From: an uncultured Nitrososphaerota archaeon
GTDB lineage: Archaea; Thermoproteota; Nitrososphaeria; Nitrososphaerales; CADDZS01
Direction: 5' to 3'
Length of the DNA: 64,000 bases
Assembly: GCA_963799845.1 (NCBI GenBank)
Contig: CAWCYI010000006.1
Span: forward strand, 544,001 to 608,000
Each line of letters begins with the position of its first letter. The first letter of the stretch is position 1. Below the pieces are notes generated by a model. The model saw only the letters and a program-made list of their open reading frames with translations, ran no database searches and was not told the DNA's origin. Position numbers and translations under genes: made by a program. Of this stretch, positions 39,272-49,151 are shown piece by piece.

Positions 39272-39994
39272 CTAAACCGCAAGTTCTCCAAGAAATAGCC
39301 GAATTATTTCGGTATCATTAAGAATCTGATCCGGGGTTCCTACGAACGCGGCCTTTCCTTGGACCAAAACCAGGCCCTTATTTGCTAGACTCAAAGCCTT
39401 TCGAGCATTTTGTTCGACCAAAATAATGGTAAGGCCCAAGTTCTCTCTAATTCCCGCAAGCTTTTGGAAAAGCTGCTCCGCGATTATTGGAGCCAGTCCC
39501 GCTGTTGGTTCATCCAGAATGAGGAGTTTTGGTTCTGCCATGAGTGCCCGGCCAACCGCAACCATCTGTCTTTCACCACCGCTTAGAAGGCCAGCCTTTT
39601 GCTTCCCTCGAGACTCAAGAATAGGAAAGAGATTGACAACGCGATCAAAAAGTTCCTTTTTCTTTGAAGAGTCTGTTATCATCGTGCCACCCATTTCGAG
39701 ATTTTCGGTCACTGTCATATCGGTAAAAACGTTCGAAATTTGAGGAACGTACCCCAATGTCATTCTAGCAATCTTTTCTGGTTTTTCCTTAGTGATATCT
39801 TTGCCCTCAAAATTCACTTTTCCTTCAAAGATAGTAGTAAGACCAACGATCGATTTTACAAGGGTACTCTTGCCAGATCCGTTAGGCCCGACCAACGCCA
39901 AAAAATCTCCCGACTGAACTGATATCGAGATACCCTGGATTATCGCCATTTTCCCGTAGCCTGAGACGATATCCTGAACTTCCAGTTGAGCCAG
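39272..39994 (-). CDS. livF: Branched-chain amino acid ABC ATPase (LivF-like), probable CTG start
   Basis: Motifs GPNGSGKS, LSGGERQ and EQN. The conserved N-terminus LEVQDIVSGYG lies upstream of the ATG at 39949, an in-frame stop sits at 40001-40003, and the CTG at 39994 follows a GTGA SD-like site. Confidence 0.9.
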   Translation of the reverse strand: MAQLEVQDIVSGYGKMAIIQGISISVQSGDFLALVGPNGSGKSTLVKSIVGLTTIFEGKVNFEGKDITKEKPEKIARMTLGYVPQISNVFTDMTVTENLEMGGTMITDSSKKKELFDRVVNLFPILESRGKQKAGLLSGGERQMVAVGRALMAEPKLLILDEPTAGLAPIIAEQLFQKLAGIRENLGLTIILVEQNARKALSLANKGLVLVQGKAAFVGTPDQILNDTEIIRLFLGELAV

Positions 39995-40010
39995 GGCAGC
40001 TCACTTTTCC

Positions 40011-40778
40011 TCAAGCGCCAAGGTATGCGTCAATTACTCCCTGATCCTTGATAATGTCTGACGGTTTTCCTTCGGCGATTACTCGCCCCTCATGCATCAC
40101 GAAAACCTGTTCTACATGTTTGAAGAGTACCTGAAGCCTATGCTCGATAATGAAAAAAGTAGTGCCAGTATCCTTGCATTGTTTTTCAATACTCGCAAAG
40201 ATATCTTGTGCAAGTCGGGGAGCGACTCCCGCGGTTGGCTCATCAAGCAGGAGCATCTTAGGGTCCCCCGAAAGGGCGTTGGCAAGCTGCAGCAGTTTCA
40301 TTTGTCCCCCTGATATTTCAGAGGAGAGCTTGTCGTAGAGATAACTGATTTCAAGAGCATCGAGTTGGCTTCGAGTTCTTTTTGCAAGCTCCATTTCTCC
40401 AGATTCCCACTTGTTGGAAACCAGAACAAACTCTGGATTTTCACCCTTCTGGTTCTTCGCCCCAAGCATCGCGTTTTCAAGCACGGTCATACCCGAAAAT
40501 AGCCGTGGAGTCTGGAAAGTTCGTCCCAGACCGAGTTCAAAGATCTTGTGGGCTGGCAAGCCGTTGAGCCGCGTTCTATTGAATAATACCGAGCCTTTGA
40601 ACGATCCTTGTGTTCCTGAAATTACATTAAAGAGTGTAGACTTTCCGCTACCATTGGGCCCGATCAGACCTGTTATGCTTCCTCTTCTCACTGAAAGAGT
40701 TACACCATTAACCGCCATGATGGGACCAAAAGACTTTGTGACGTCCTGAACTTCTAGGATAATTTCGTCTTGATCCAC
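40011..40778 (-). CDS. livG: Branched-chain amino acid ABC ATPase (LivG-like)
   Basis: Motifs GPNGSGKS, RTFQ and IEH. Confidence 0.9.
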   Translation of the reverse strand: MDQDEIILEVQDVTKSFGPIMAVNGVTLSVRRGSITGLIGPNGSGKSTLFNVISGTQGSFKGSVLFNRTRLNGLPAHKIFELGLGRTFQTPRLFSGMTVLENAMLGAKNQKGENPEFVLVSNKWESGEMELAKRTRSQLDALEISYLYDKLSSEISGGQMKLLQLANALSGDPKMLLLDEPTAGVAPRLAQDIFASIEKQCKDTGTTFFIIEHRLQVLFKHVEQVFVMHEGRVIAEGKPSDIIKDQGVIDAYLGA

Positions 40779-40784
40779 AAAATT

Positions 40785-41969
40785 CTACCTCGATTGATTT
40801 TCGTCTATGGGTGAAGAATCCTTCGGCATCTCCGAAGGAGTCGATGGCAAAACTCCGTTTGGACTAGTAGCAGTTTTGGAAGGAACTGCCCCCGCGAAAT
40901 TGAACAGCTCGTAGGCCCTGGTTTTGACCCGAGTTTCAGGTATCAATCCCTTTGGTCTAAACATAAGCAGGAGGATGAGTATGATAGCTTCGACTGCGTA
41001 CTCGACATAAATCAACACCGCTGTATTGAGATTCGGAATCAAGGGTTGGAGAATTAGGCTTAGCAAGACTGAACCTCTTTCAAGGACAGTCAACACGAGA
41101 GCACCGGCTAGAACTCCGCGATTATTCGCATATCCACCGAGGATCATCATTACCCAGATAGCGAACGTGACTGCTGGAACGTAGTCGTCAGTCGACGCGG
41201 TGCCAAGATAGTAGACGTATAATCCGCCCGCTAATCCTGCCATCACTGAACCGATGATCATGATTCGTCTTCTAACTTTCGCGACATCCTTTCCTAGAGA
41301 CTCCGCCGCAATCTTGTCATCTCGTATGGACTTCAGTAATCTGCCGTAAGGAGAATTTGCGAGTTTTTGCGCCACGAGGTAGCAGATCCATACAAACGCC
41401 ATAATTATGATCGCGTAAACTACGCCAGGAAGGTCTATACCCAATTGAGAAGATCCAAACGGTGAATTCGCGTATGATTGAAAGATCCAGTAAAATGGGT
41501 TCTGTATTCCATCCACTCCATTGAAACCGCAACCGATTTGCTGGGTATTTTCTACAATTATGACAAAAGCCTCCCCTGCCACAAGCAAAATCATTGAGAG
41601 GTACCATTCTTCTTTGACTCGAATCGCAGGGTAGGAGACAAGAAGTCCTATAATTCCTCCGGCTATCATCGCAAGTATTAGGGCGATTATCCAAGTCGAT
41701 ATTGAGATCCCCGGATCCGTGCTTCCAATAGAATACCTTACGACATAAGCGCCGGCATCACAAATATTTCCGATTGGGACTCGAGCGAAGAAAGGAAGCA
41801 AGTTTGCCGCAACAATGGCGGCAACAAATGCGCCCACACCATAGAATAAAACCTGACCAAAATTCGGTTGCCCAGCATATCCATATTCTAGGTTTAGACT
41901 GATCGCTAAAATTGCATAAATGCCATAAAACGATGCGAAGCTTGCAATCAAACTTATTGCGTCTACCAT
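40785..41969 (-). CDS. livM: Branched-chain amino acid ABC permease (LivM-like)
   Basis: Motifs LNLEYGYAGQPNFG and SPYGRLLKSIRDD. Confidence 0.88.
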   Translation of the reverse strand: MVDAISLIASFASFYGIYAILAISLNLEYGYAGQPNFGQVLFYGVGAFVAAIVAANLLPFFARVPIGNICDAGAYVVRYSIGSTDPGISISTWIIALILAMIAGGIIGLLVSYPAIRVKEEWYLSMILLVAGEAFVIIVENTQQIGCGFNGVDGIQNPFYWIFQSYANSPFGSSQLGIDLPGVVYAIIIMAFVWICYLVAQKLANSPYGRLLKSIRDDKIAAESLGKDVAKVRRRIMIIGSVMAGLAGGLYVYYLGTASTDDYVPAVTFAIWVMMILGGYANNRGVLAGALVLTVLERGSVLLSLILQPLIPNLNTAVLIYVEYAVEAIILILLLMFRPKGLIPETRVKTRAYELFNFAGAVPSKTATSPNGVLPSTPSEMPKDSSPIDENQSR

Positions 41970-42045
41970 AGCATTCTCGCCCTAATTACTCAATTCTCAA
42001 GTAGAAGTTTATCGAAGTTTGTTGTCATCTTCAGTTAGGCATTTC

Positions 42046-42990
42046 CTATTTTTTTCCTAATATTTTCCTGAAAAACGCGATCCCCGTCTGCGAATTCGGC
42101 GCGAGACCGGTCGGCTTGACTAGCAGAACAATAACAATCATTGCAAACGGTAGTAGAGGCTGGTATCCAAAGGGTACTCCAAAGTAGTAATTTAGGGCTT
42201 CAATAATCGTGTTAGTCGAAAATCCAACGAGATAGCCACCAATGATGGTCCCAACAAAACTGGTTAGACCAGCTATAATGACAACTGCAAAAATATCAAG
42301 CAAGGTGCTGAAACCGAGAACAGGGGTGATCGAAGTATAGGTTCCCAGTACTACTCCTCCGAGCCCTCCTAGACCACCGGCGATTATCCACATTATGTTG
42401 ACTGCTAACGAAACGTTGATTCCAGAAATTCTGGCAAGGTCAAAGTTATTGGCAATCGCCCTCATTGACTTGCCAAGATGCGTCAGGTTAAAGAAAAGCG
42501 CAAGAAGAACTGAAATTACAATAGCGAGAATAATTGCGAGGAGATAGATATTCGAGACTTGTGCTTGGAAAATGCTTCCAACTGTGTAGATCCTAATATC
42601 TTCCTGCGCATCAAGAAGATTTGGGGTTACAGAAGCGGCCCACGCGAAAACAACGTACCGAACAAACTGCGCCACAGCAAATGAGGCTAAAACAAGAAAA
42701 TATATCGAAACCTTTCGATCCATAAGCGGCTTGTATACTACGTAATGGATTGCAACAGCCATAAGACTGCATACAAGAAAAGCGGAGACAGATACGATCA
42801 GCAAGTTGTTTGGGTAAAGTCGTGAAACTATGACTCCAACGTATGCTCCAACTGTAAGGAATTCTGCATGAGCAAAATTCGGTAATTTTACAACAGCTAG
42901 GGTCAAGGTCAGACCGATTGATGCAACAACGTAAATGCTGCCCTCAGCCACGGATTGGATGATTGAAGGGAACAGCCAGTAGGGTATCAA
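42046..42990 (-). CDS. livH: Branched-chain amino acid ABC permease (LivH-like)
   Basis: Motifs NFAHAEF and GKSMRAIA.N..LA..SGI. Confidence 0.88.
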   Translation of the reverse strand: MIPYWLFPSIIQSVAEGSIYVVASIGLTLTLAVVKLPNFAHAEFLTVGAYVGVIVSRLYPNNLLIVSVSAFLVCSLMAVAIHYVVYKPLMDRKVSIYFLVLASFAVAQFVRYVVFAWAASVTPNLLDAQEDIRIYTVGSIFQAQVSNIYLLAIILAIVISVLLALFFNLTHLGKSMRAIANNFDLARISGINVSLAVNIMWIIAGGLGGLGGVVLGTYTSITPVLGFSTLLDIFAVVIIAGLTSFVGTIIGGYLVGFSTNTIIEALNYYFGVPFGYQPLLPFAMIVIVLLVKPTGLAPNSQTGIAFFRKILGKK

Positions 42991-43356
42991 ATTCTTGAAG
43001 ACAGTTGGCGTTTTCGATCGAGGCTTTTACTTTTTCTAGAACCTTCACAAGAAGAGGTCGTAGTAGGTCGGGAGTTTTCCTTTCGCCCAGATTAAGTCTA
43101 TAGCAAAAGCAAGTTCTAAATAACTTCGCTAAAGGCGCTCGTGCGAATCAACTTCAGATGACATCTATTCGAATTAAACTCGGAATTTGCAACATTGTGC
43201 ACATGATGCAGCTTTGAGAAAATCTACTGCATTCAGAGATAGGTGAAACAGCAGAGATGAGAAACTCCTTTTCTTAACAAACGACGACGTTACACGAAAA
43301 CCAAGAAGGAATCATACAAGATAAACCAAAATCCTGCTAAAACCGCAAACGCTTAA

Positions 43357-44659
43357 ATGAACCGAGAAAGCGGCAAGCATTCCATGGTATCTACTCAAGC
43401 TATTGCACTTTTAGTTGTTGGTCTAGTGATAGGCGGCGCGATCGGTTACAGTGCCACCCTTTTAGCAGCTCCTTCGACATCCACTTCTTCCGCGAAAACT
43501 TACACCATAGGGTCTATTGAACCGCTGAGCGGGGCGTACGCCGTTTACGGTCAATCATTTCTACAGGCTTCGCAATTGGCTGTCAATCAAATGAATGCAA
43601 ACCTTTCCGCGGCTGGAAGTAATATTCAATTCAAAGTTGTGTCGGCGGATGATGCTGGAACTCCCGCGACTGCCGAATCAGCATTGACTTCAATGTACTC
43701 CACTTATGGAATACACGCTCTGATCGGGCCATTAACTTCTGCAGAAGTTCAGGGACTCCTCCAGACTGCTGATACTGATCACATAGTTGTACTTCCACCA
43801 GCTGCAACTGCGACTTCCTTAGAGTATCCAAAGTCTTCGACGAACTACCTAGTGAGACCGGGACAGCCTGGAGATCAGTACCGAAGGTTCAGCCCTTGCT
43901 CAAACTGTGATTCAGTTAGGCGCAAAGAATGTAGTTTTCCTTTACCGCGATGATACATCAGAATACGGAACCTTCAACATCTCAAGCGCCATTATGAAGA
44001 CGGCCGGACTTAATGTGATGGGCATTTCATTTCAACCTAGTCAAACTGACTATTCGGCTCAAGTAGCCACGGCCGAGTCAGATGCGCAGACATTCCTTAC
44101 ATCTGGTGGAACTACTGCAAACACTGTTGTAGTGCTCGCGGGAAGCGGAGTAACTGAGAATCAGAACATATTCACTCACGCCGCGTCAGACCAATACTTG
44201 AGCAGTATCAGGTGGTTCGGTGTCGAAGCGATAGATACACCAACGTTGCTTACTTCTTCTACTGGTCCGTGGATGGCGACTGTCAATTTCACAATCACCT
44301 CCCCGGCCGCGTTCGCCAGTCCTCAGCTCACTTTCTTCAATACAACATTCATCGCAGCGTACGGTTCCCCTCCTCAACCATACTCAAACTACGCATACGA
44401 TAATACTTGGATAGCAATGCTCGCAATTCTTATCGCCGGAAGTAACAACGGCCCGTCTATTCTCAGCGCTACACCATTGGCCGCTGACCACTACTTTGGA
44501 GCGACGGGCACAGGAGTATGGCTCGATAACAACAACGCGCAGACCTTTGCCATATACAATATCCTGAAAGTGATACCTCAATCGTCTACGGCTTCAACGA
44601 CGACGCAAATCGGATCTTACAACGGCGCGACTAACCTAGTTACCTTGACTTCGAGTTAG
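43357..44659 (+). CDS. Branched-chain amino acid ABC substrate-binding protein (frameshift near 43881)
   Basis: PLSGAYAVYG, DDAGTP, IGPLTS. Removing one C in taccgaa joins the two ORFs. Confidence 0.85.
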
Positions 44660-44687
44660 CATCAAAAACTAACTTTAGGACAGGATA

Positions 44688-44709
44688 GGGAGGGCTTCCG
44701 GGCCCTTCC
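44688..44709 (+). terminator. Stem-loop downstream of SBP gene
   Basis: GGAGGGC..GCCCTTCC inverted repeat. Confidence 0.45.
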
Positions 44710-45035
44710 ATCGTCGCGCTCTAAACCGATAAACACGGCTAATTTTCCTCCGACTATTATCGATGCGTTTGAATCACCTCGACAATGTGCTTACTCCGAT
44801 GACGATTCGAGTCGAAGGAAATTGCTGACAATAGATTCAGCTTGACCGGGTCCGGACAATACAGCTTGGCTAACCTGTTTGTTGGGGGGCTTAGTCAAGA
44901 GACTTGGAAACGTTAGACGATCAAGACATCGCTCACCCATTGAAAGATCACTAGAACTTCAAAAGGTAATTGTTTGAAAACAGTCTTCCCTAAAATCAAG
45001 GGAAATTGCGAACTTCGGAACTCTAACTAATTTCG

Positions 45036-45494
45036 TCAAATAATGACTTTGACGACAAAAGTCAGTATATACGCCGGAACTATGGAATAGATCCATTCAT
45101 GGTGCCAGATCACATCGGTCCTGATCTTCGGCCAATACTTGTCGCCAATGAAATCAATCGCCAGCGTGGCGGCGACTAGAACTCCCGTGAATGCAAACTT
45201 GAGCCACAGAGAGGACCATATTGGTTGAACATAACCAAGAAAATAAAGGCCTAGGAACAAGCCGTATCCAGTAGGGACGATAAAGTAGATGCAGTTATGA
45301 TGTATCCTGTGCCCTTTGATGTAGAAGGGCTTTGCAAAACCTCTCTTGAACATGGCTGTTCCAAGTTTGTCGACAACGAGGGTAGAGAACATGATAAGCC
45401 CCAGACCGGCCAAAATCCCGATGGCAAACAGCGTCGGATCGTGAATCCTCGGTGGAATTGGAGTTCCAAACGTCAGACTCATGGCCGCAATCAT
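45036..45494 (-). CDS. Hypothetical membrane protein with paired His motifs
   Basis: 4 hydrophobic segments; HRIHH and WHHEW motifs. Confidence 0.7.
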   Translation of the reverse strand: MIAAMSLTFGTPIPPRIHDPTLFAIGILAGLGLIMFSTLVVDKLGTAMFKRGFAKPFYIKGHRIHHNCIYFIVPTGYGLFLGLYFLGYVQPIWSSLWLKFAFTGVLVAATLAIDFIGDKYWPKIRTDVIWHHEWIYSIVPAYILTFVVKVII

Positions 45495-45645
45495 TCACTC
45501 CATTGCTATTTTTGTTTACTGGTCGCCTGTCTCATAAAATAGGTTGAGGCTATTCTCCTGAGAAATCTCCAATAATTCCGCCTGTTTTTCGCGGCTTTTC
45601 CTTAAAGAAATCAACCATGTGCATAAGAGCATTACAGGCGGGGAA

Positions 45646-46179
45646 TCAGGACTCCGCCTTCGCATACACGTTGGTCAGAGATCTGAACCCCAGCTTCGTA
45701 TAGAATCTCTTCGCAATTTCGTTCTGACTGGGAAATTCCGCGGTAATCAGTTCTGCCCCCTTTTTCTTCAGTCTCTCGGTCATGGCTGACAATAGATCCC
45801 TCCCAAGGCTGCCCCTTCTGAACTCAGGGAGGATGTAGAATTCGACTATCGCCCCCTCTATTCGCGGCTCATAAAATGTCCGGTCTTTGATATCTGCCTT
45901 CACCACCCCGACAAATTTCGTTCCAGAAACGGCAACTAAGACGACCGAATCGCTGTTCGAAACGGCTTTCTCCACGCTCTTTAGGGCATCCTTCTCGAGA
46001 CTCTCGGTGGTCTTGAGAAGTGGATCAAACTCGCCGTTTAATCGTTTCAATCTAGCAATCAACTGAGCCGCTCTTTCTGTTTCCTCCTTCCTGAGCTCTC
46101 GAATCGCAAGCCGGACCACGGAATCGGAGTCGCGATTAGAACCATTGCTTCCAGACATCTGTACGTTTTTCTTCGCCAT
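45646..46179 (-). CDS. GNAT family N-acetyltransferase
   Basis: YILPEFRRGSLG and AKRFYTKLGF. Confidence 0.88.
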   Translation of the reverse strand: MAKKNVQMSGSNGSNRDSDSVVRLAIRELRKEETERAAQLIARLKRLNGEFDPLLKTTESLEKDALKSVEKAVSNSDSVVLVAVSGTKFVGVVKADIKDRTFYEPRIEGAIVEFYILPEFRRGSLGRDLLSAMTERLKKKGAELITAEFPSQNEIAKRFYTKLGFRSLTNVYAKAES

Positions 46180-46186
46180 TTTTTTC

Positions 46187-47566
46187 TTAACCTTCTCCTA
46201 CTTTTCTCTTTAGCAGAACTCCTTGGGGGATGGGCTTTATCAAATTAGACCTTTGCAACTGATTGATCATTTTCTTGCTATTTTCTATTATTTCCTGTGC
46301 TCGGCTGCGAATCTGTCGTTTCGAAAGTTTGATTCTAGAAATTCCTAGCTTAACGCATGATTCACCCACCGCTGATGCGACAAGAGGATAAATCTCCCAG
46401 TCCATCATCGTGGGCAGAATGTGTTCATCCGAAAGCGATCCCTGATTTTTCGCGTAATCCGACAATTCCTTCGCTGCGGCGACTATAACCTCATCTGGGA
46501 TAGATCTAGATCTCACGTCCAACACTCCTCTGATTATTGAAGGGAAGATTAAGCTATTATTAACTTGGTTTGGAAAATCGGACCTCCCGGTCGCAACGAT
46601 TCTAATCCCTGCCTCTCTCGCTTCCTTCGGCCATATCTCGGGTACTGGGTTAGATAACGCGAAAAGTATCGCATCCTTATTCATTTTCTTCAGAGTATTC
46701 TTGTTTAGGATGTGCGGCCCTGGCTTGGAAGCAGCTATCAATGCATCGGCGCCGCGAACCGCTTCATCAATATCTCCCTCCCTTCTTTCTGAGTTAGTCC
46801 TCAGAGCAAGCTCATACTTCCACTTGTTTTGAAGCATCATGCGGTCCATGTCTTCGCGCTCCGAATGCAAAATTCCTTTAGAGTCAACCAGAATGAGATT
46901 ACCTGGAGTCGCACCTGCCGAAATCATCAGTCTGGCGGCAGCGATATTTGCAGCCCCTGCTCCCATCAAAACGATCCTGGAGTCTTTCAGATTCCTGTTC
47001 GTCAGGGCGAGTGAATTATAGAGGCCTGCCAAAATTACTCCTGCTGTTCCCTGTTGGTCATCGTGCCAAACTGGAATCGTGAGCTTCGTTTTCAGTTCGT
47101 CCAGGATCTGGAAACACTTGGGCGAAGAGATATCCTCCATGTGTATTGCGCCAAATGCTGGTTCTATCTGAACTGCAAACTCGATAATCTTCTCCGGTTC
47201 GTGCGCGCTTATCGGGATCGGAACTGCATCCACTCCACCGAGATATTTGTAAATCAGAGCCTTGCCCTCCATGACTGGAAGACTTCCCTCAGGGCCGATA
47301 TCCCCTAAACCCAGGACTCGAGATCCGTCGGTCAAAATGCATAGCATATTCCATCTATTCGTATATTCGAAAGATAGATCGGGATCTTTTGCGACCGCAA
47401 GACTGACCGCAGCAACACCCGGAGTGTACCAAATCGAAAAGTCGTCCAGACTCGTCACTGGAACTTTAGGAACCACCTGCATTTTTCCATGATAATAACG
47501 CGAATACACGAGCGCTAGCTTGGAAGTATCGACAACCTTCTTTGAATTGATCTTGGTGTTCCGCAT
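46187..47566 (-). CDS. NAD(P)-dependent malic enzyme
   Basis: Motifs YTPGVA, PVMEGKA, HDDQQGTA, GAGAA, NPVPEI and TGRSDFPNQVNN. Confidence 0.95.
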   Translation of the reverse strand: MRNTKINSKKVVDTSKLALVYSRYYHGKMQVVPKVPVTSLDDFSIWYTPGVAAVSLAVAKDPDLSFEYTNRWNMLCILTDGSRVLGLGDIGPEGSLPVMEGKALIYKYLGGVDAVPIPISAHEPEKIIEFAVQIEPAFGAIHMEDISSPKCFQILDELKTKLTIPVWHDDQQGTAGVILAGLYNSLALTNRNLKDSRIVLMGAGAANIAAARLMISAGATPGNLILVDSKGILHSEREDMDRMMLQNKWKYELALRTNSERREGDIDEAVRGADALIAASKPGPHILNKNTLKKMNKDAILFALSNPVPEIWPKEAREAGIRIVATGRSDFPNQVNNSLIFPSIIRGVLDVRSRSIPDEVIVAAAKELSDYAKNQGSLSDEHILPTMMDWEIYPLVASAVGESCVKLGISRIKLSKRQIRSRAQEIIENSKKMINQLQRSNLIKPIPQGVLLKRKVGEG

Positions 47567-47907
47567 TGTGTTAACTGGCTCTTGATAAAAGAAGGTCTAT
47601 CGATTTTCTTTGGTTTAGTATTCCAGGAATTGTTATAGGCGAAATATTTTTGCTATTTAACAGATATTGTTGTTCAGTCAATCGTCGAATATCAAGGAGT
47701 AAACTGCAACTTTGCGGCGACTTGGTATATCGCTCCAAATTCTGCCGAGAGTTGGGTAGATACTGCAAATCTTCATCCCGGTGAGGGATCATTTTTCAAT
47801 CACGACCCCGATGTCTAGTCCAACAAATTGAATTCTCATATTTCCCGAAATTTTCTAAATATCATTATAAGCACGGACATCTATATTGAGATAAGAAGTG
47901 AAGTTGT

Positions 47908-48150
47908 TTGGGCTCATTTAAATTCAAAAAGGGTGATTTTGTGATAATTGACGATGGCGGGACGCCTATTGAGTTTGAGATTGTCTCACCTTTGCAGCCA
48001 GGAAGAGGGAGTCGTTTAGCCGGGGAGCTGTGTTACGACGCTAGGGAAGTTAATTCCGGAGATAGAAGGACTATTTCAGAGGATGAGATATTGAGGCTTG
48101 CTACTCCCGTTGACAATTCGGCTCAGTTATTCAGGAAAAAAGACAAATAA
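47908..48150 (+). CDS. Small hypothetical protein (SH3-like beta pattern)
   Basis: KFKKGDFV start; TATA-like ATTATAA upstream. Confidence 0.6.
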   Translation: MGSFKFKKGDFVIIDDGGTPIEFEIVSPLQPGRGSRLAGELCYDAREVNSGDRRTISEDEILRLATPVDNSAQLFRKKDK

Positions 48151-48166
48151 AGAATAGGCCTAGTCG

Positions 48167-48583
48167 ATGCCTGAATCGTTCTTGGAACGCAAAACTCGAT
48201 TTCAGACTTTTCTTTTGTACGATTCTAAATGCGGCCCCTGTACATCATTTATGAAAATAGTGACAGGACTTGACTTTCGGAAAAAGATTACTCCAATTTC
48301 AATCCATGGAATTCAAGCTGAGGATATGGTTCGAGGATTACTATCTACTTCTCGGTTGAAGAGTTCTTTCCACATTGTAGAGGTTTCAGCGGGTGCAACT
48401 CAAATCTACAGTGCTGGAGATGCTCTCGTTCGCTTAGCACGATACGCGCCGGCTGGATCATTGAATTACGCGATTATTTCGCGAGTAAAACCACTTCGAC
48501 AACTTGTACGATGGTCTTATTTTCAGGTCGCTCGTTTGCGGGAGGCCTCGAAGTCCTGCTCCGTTGTAGATATTTCAAGCTAA
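48167..48583 (+). CDS. DCC1-like thiol-disulfide oxidoreductase (DUF393)
   Basis: LLYDSKCGPC (DxxCxxC), ..YSAGDA, and the Y..VA..R tail. Confidence 0.8.
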   Translation: MPESFLERKTRFQTFLLYDSKCGPCTSFMKIVTGLDFRKKITPISIHGIQAEDMVRGLLSTSRLKSSFHIVEVSAGATQIYSAGDALVRLARYAPAGSLNYAIISRVKPLRQLVRWSYFQVARLREASKSCSVVDISS

Positions 48584-48594
48584 ATCGAAAAAAG

Positions 48595-49044
48595 CTATCC
48601 GTACGGGGATTGCATCTGTTTCTCGGGGGTATCCGATAGAGTTCTCCTCAGAACTATTTCCAGCCGAAACTGCTCATTGGCTGTAGAAGCTTCTGTCGAC
48701 GCATCCGAATTTGCCACCTCTTCCACCGTGTCCTTTTCCGGTTGAGCTTTGGCTTTAACGACACCCTTTTGCCGGGCATCATCTCTTGAAAGATCTTTTG
48801 GCGCAAATACTTGTTTGCTCTCTAGTTCCGTTTTTGCAGCTATGAAAGCACTTGGGACTTTCAGGTCGATGAACTTCGGTGCGCCATCCAAAAACCTCTG
48901 TAGTTCGGTTGCGAGTCGCTTGTCGCCGGTACTAACCCTGATCCAATAAATCATTTCCTTGCCTTTCATATTAGGAGTGGGCATTGTTCGTGTTTCGAAC
49001 TTCTCGGCTTCGAACTGAAAGTTATTCAACAGAACCAATACCAT
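48595..49044 (-). CDS. Hypothetical protein
   Basis: 149-aa ORF with ATG start and a GATGTGA SD-like site. Confidence 0.6.
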   Translation of the reverse strand: MVLVLLNNFQFEAEKFETRTMPTPNMKGKEMIYWIRVSTGDKRLATELQRFLDGAPKFIDLKVPSAFIAAKTELESKQVFAPKDLSRDDARQKGVVKAKAQPEKDTVEEVANSDASTEASTANEQFRLEIVLRRTLSDTPEKQMQSPYG

Positions 49045-49151
49045 TCTTATTTCACATCCCTATCCGGTTATCGAGCTCATGCATTTGCTAAACGATTTTC
49101 AATGGAATTCGACGTAAAATATCTTTTCCACGATTTCTCCAATTGCCAGCG

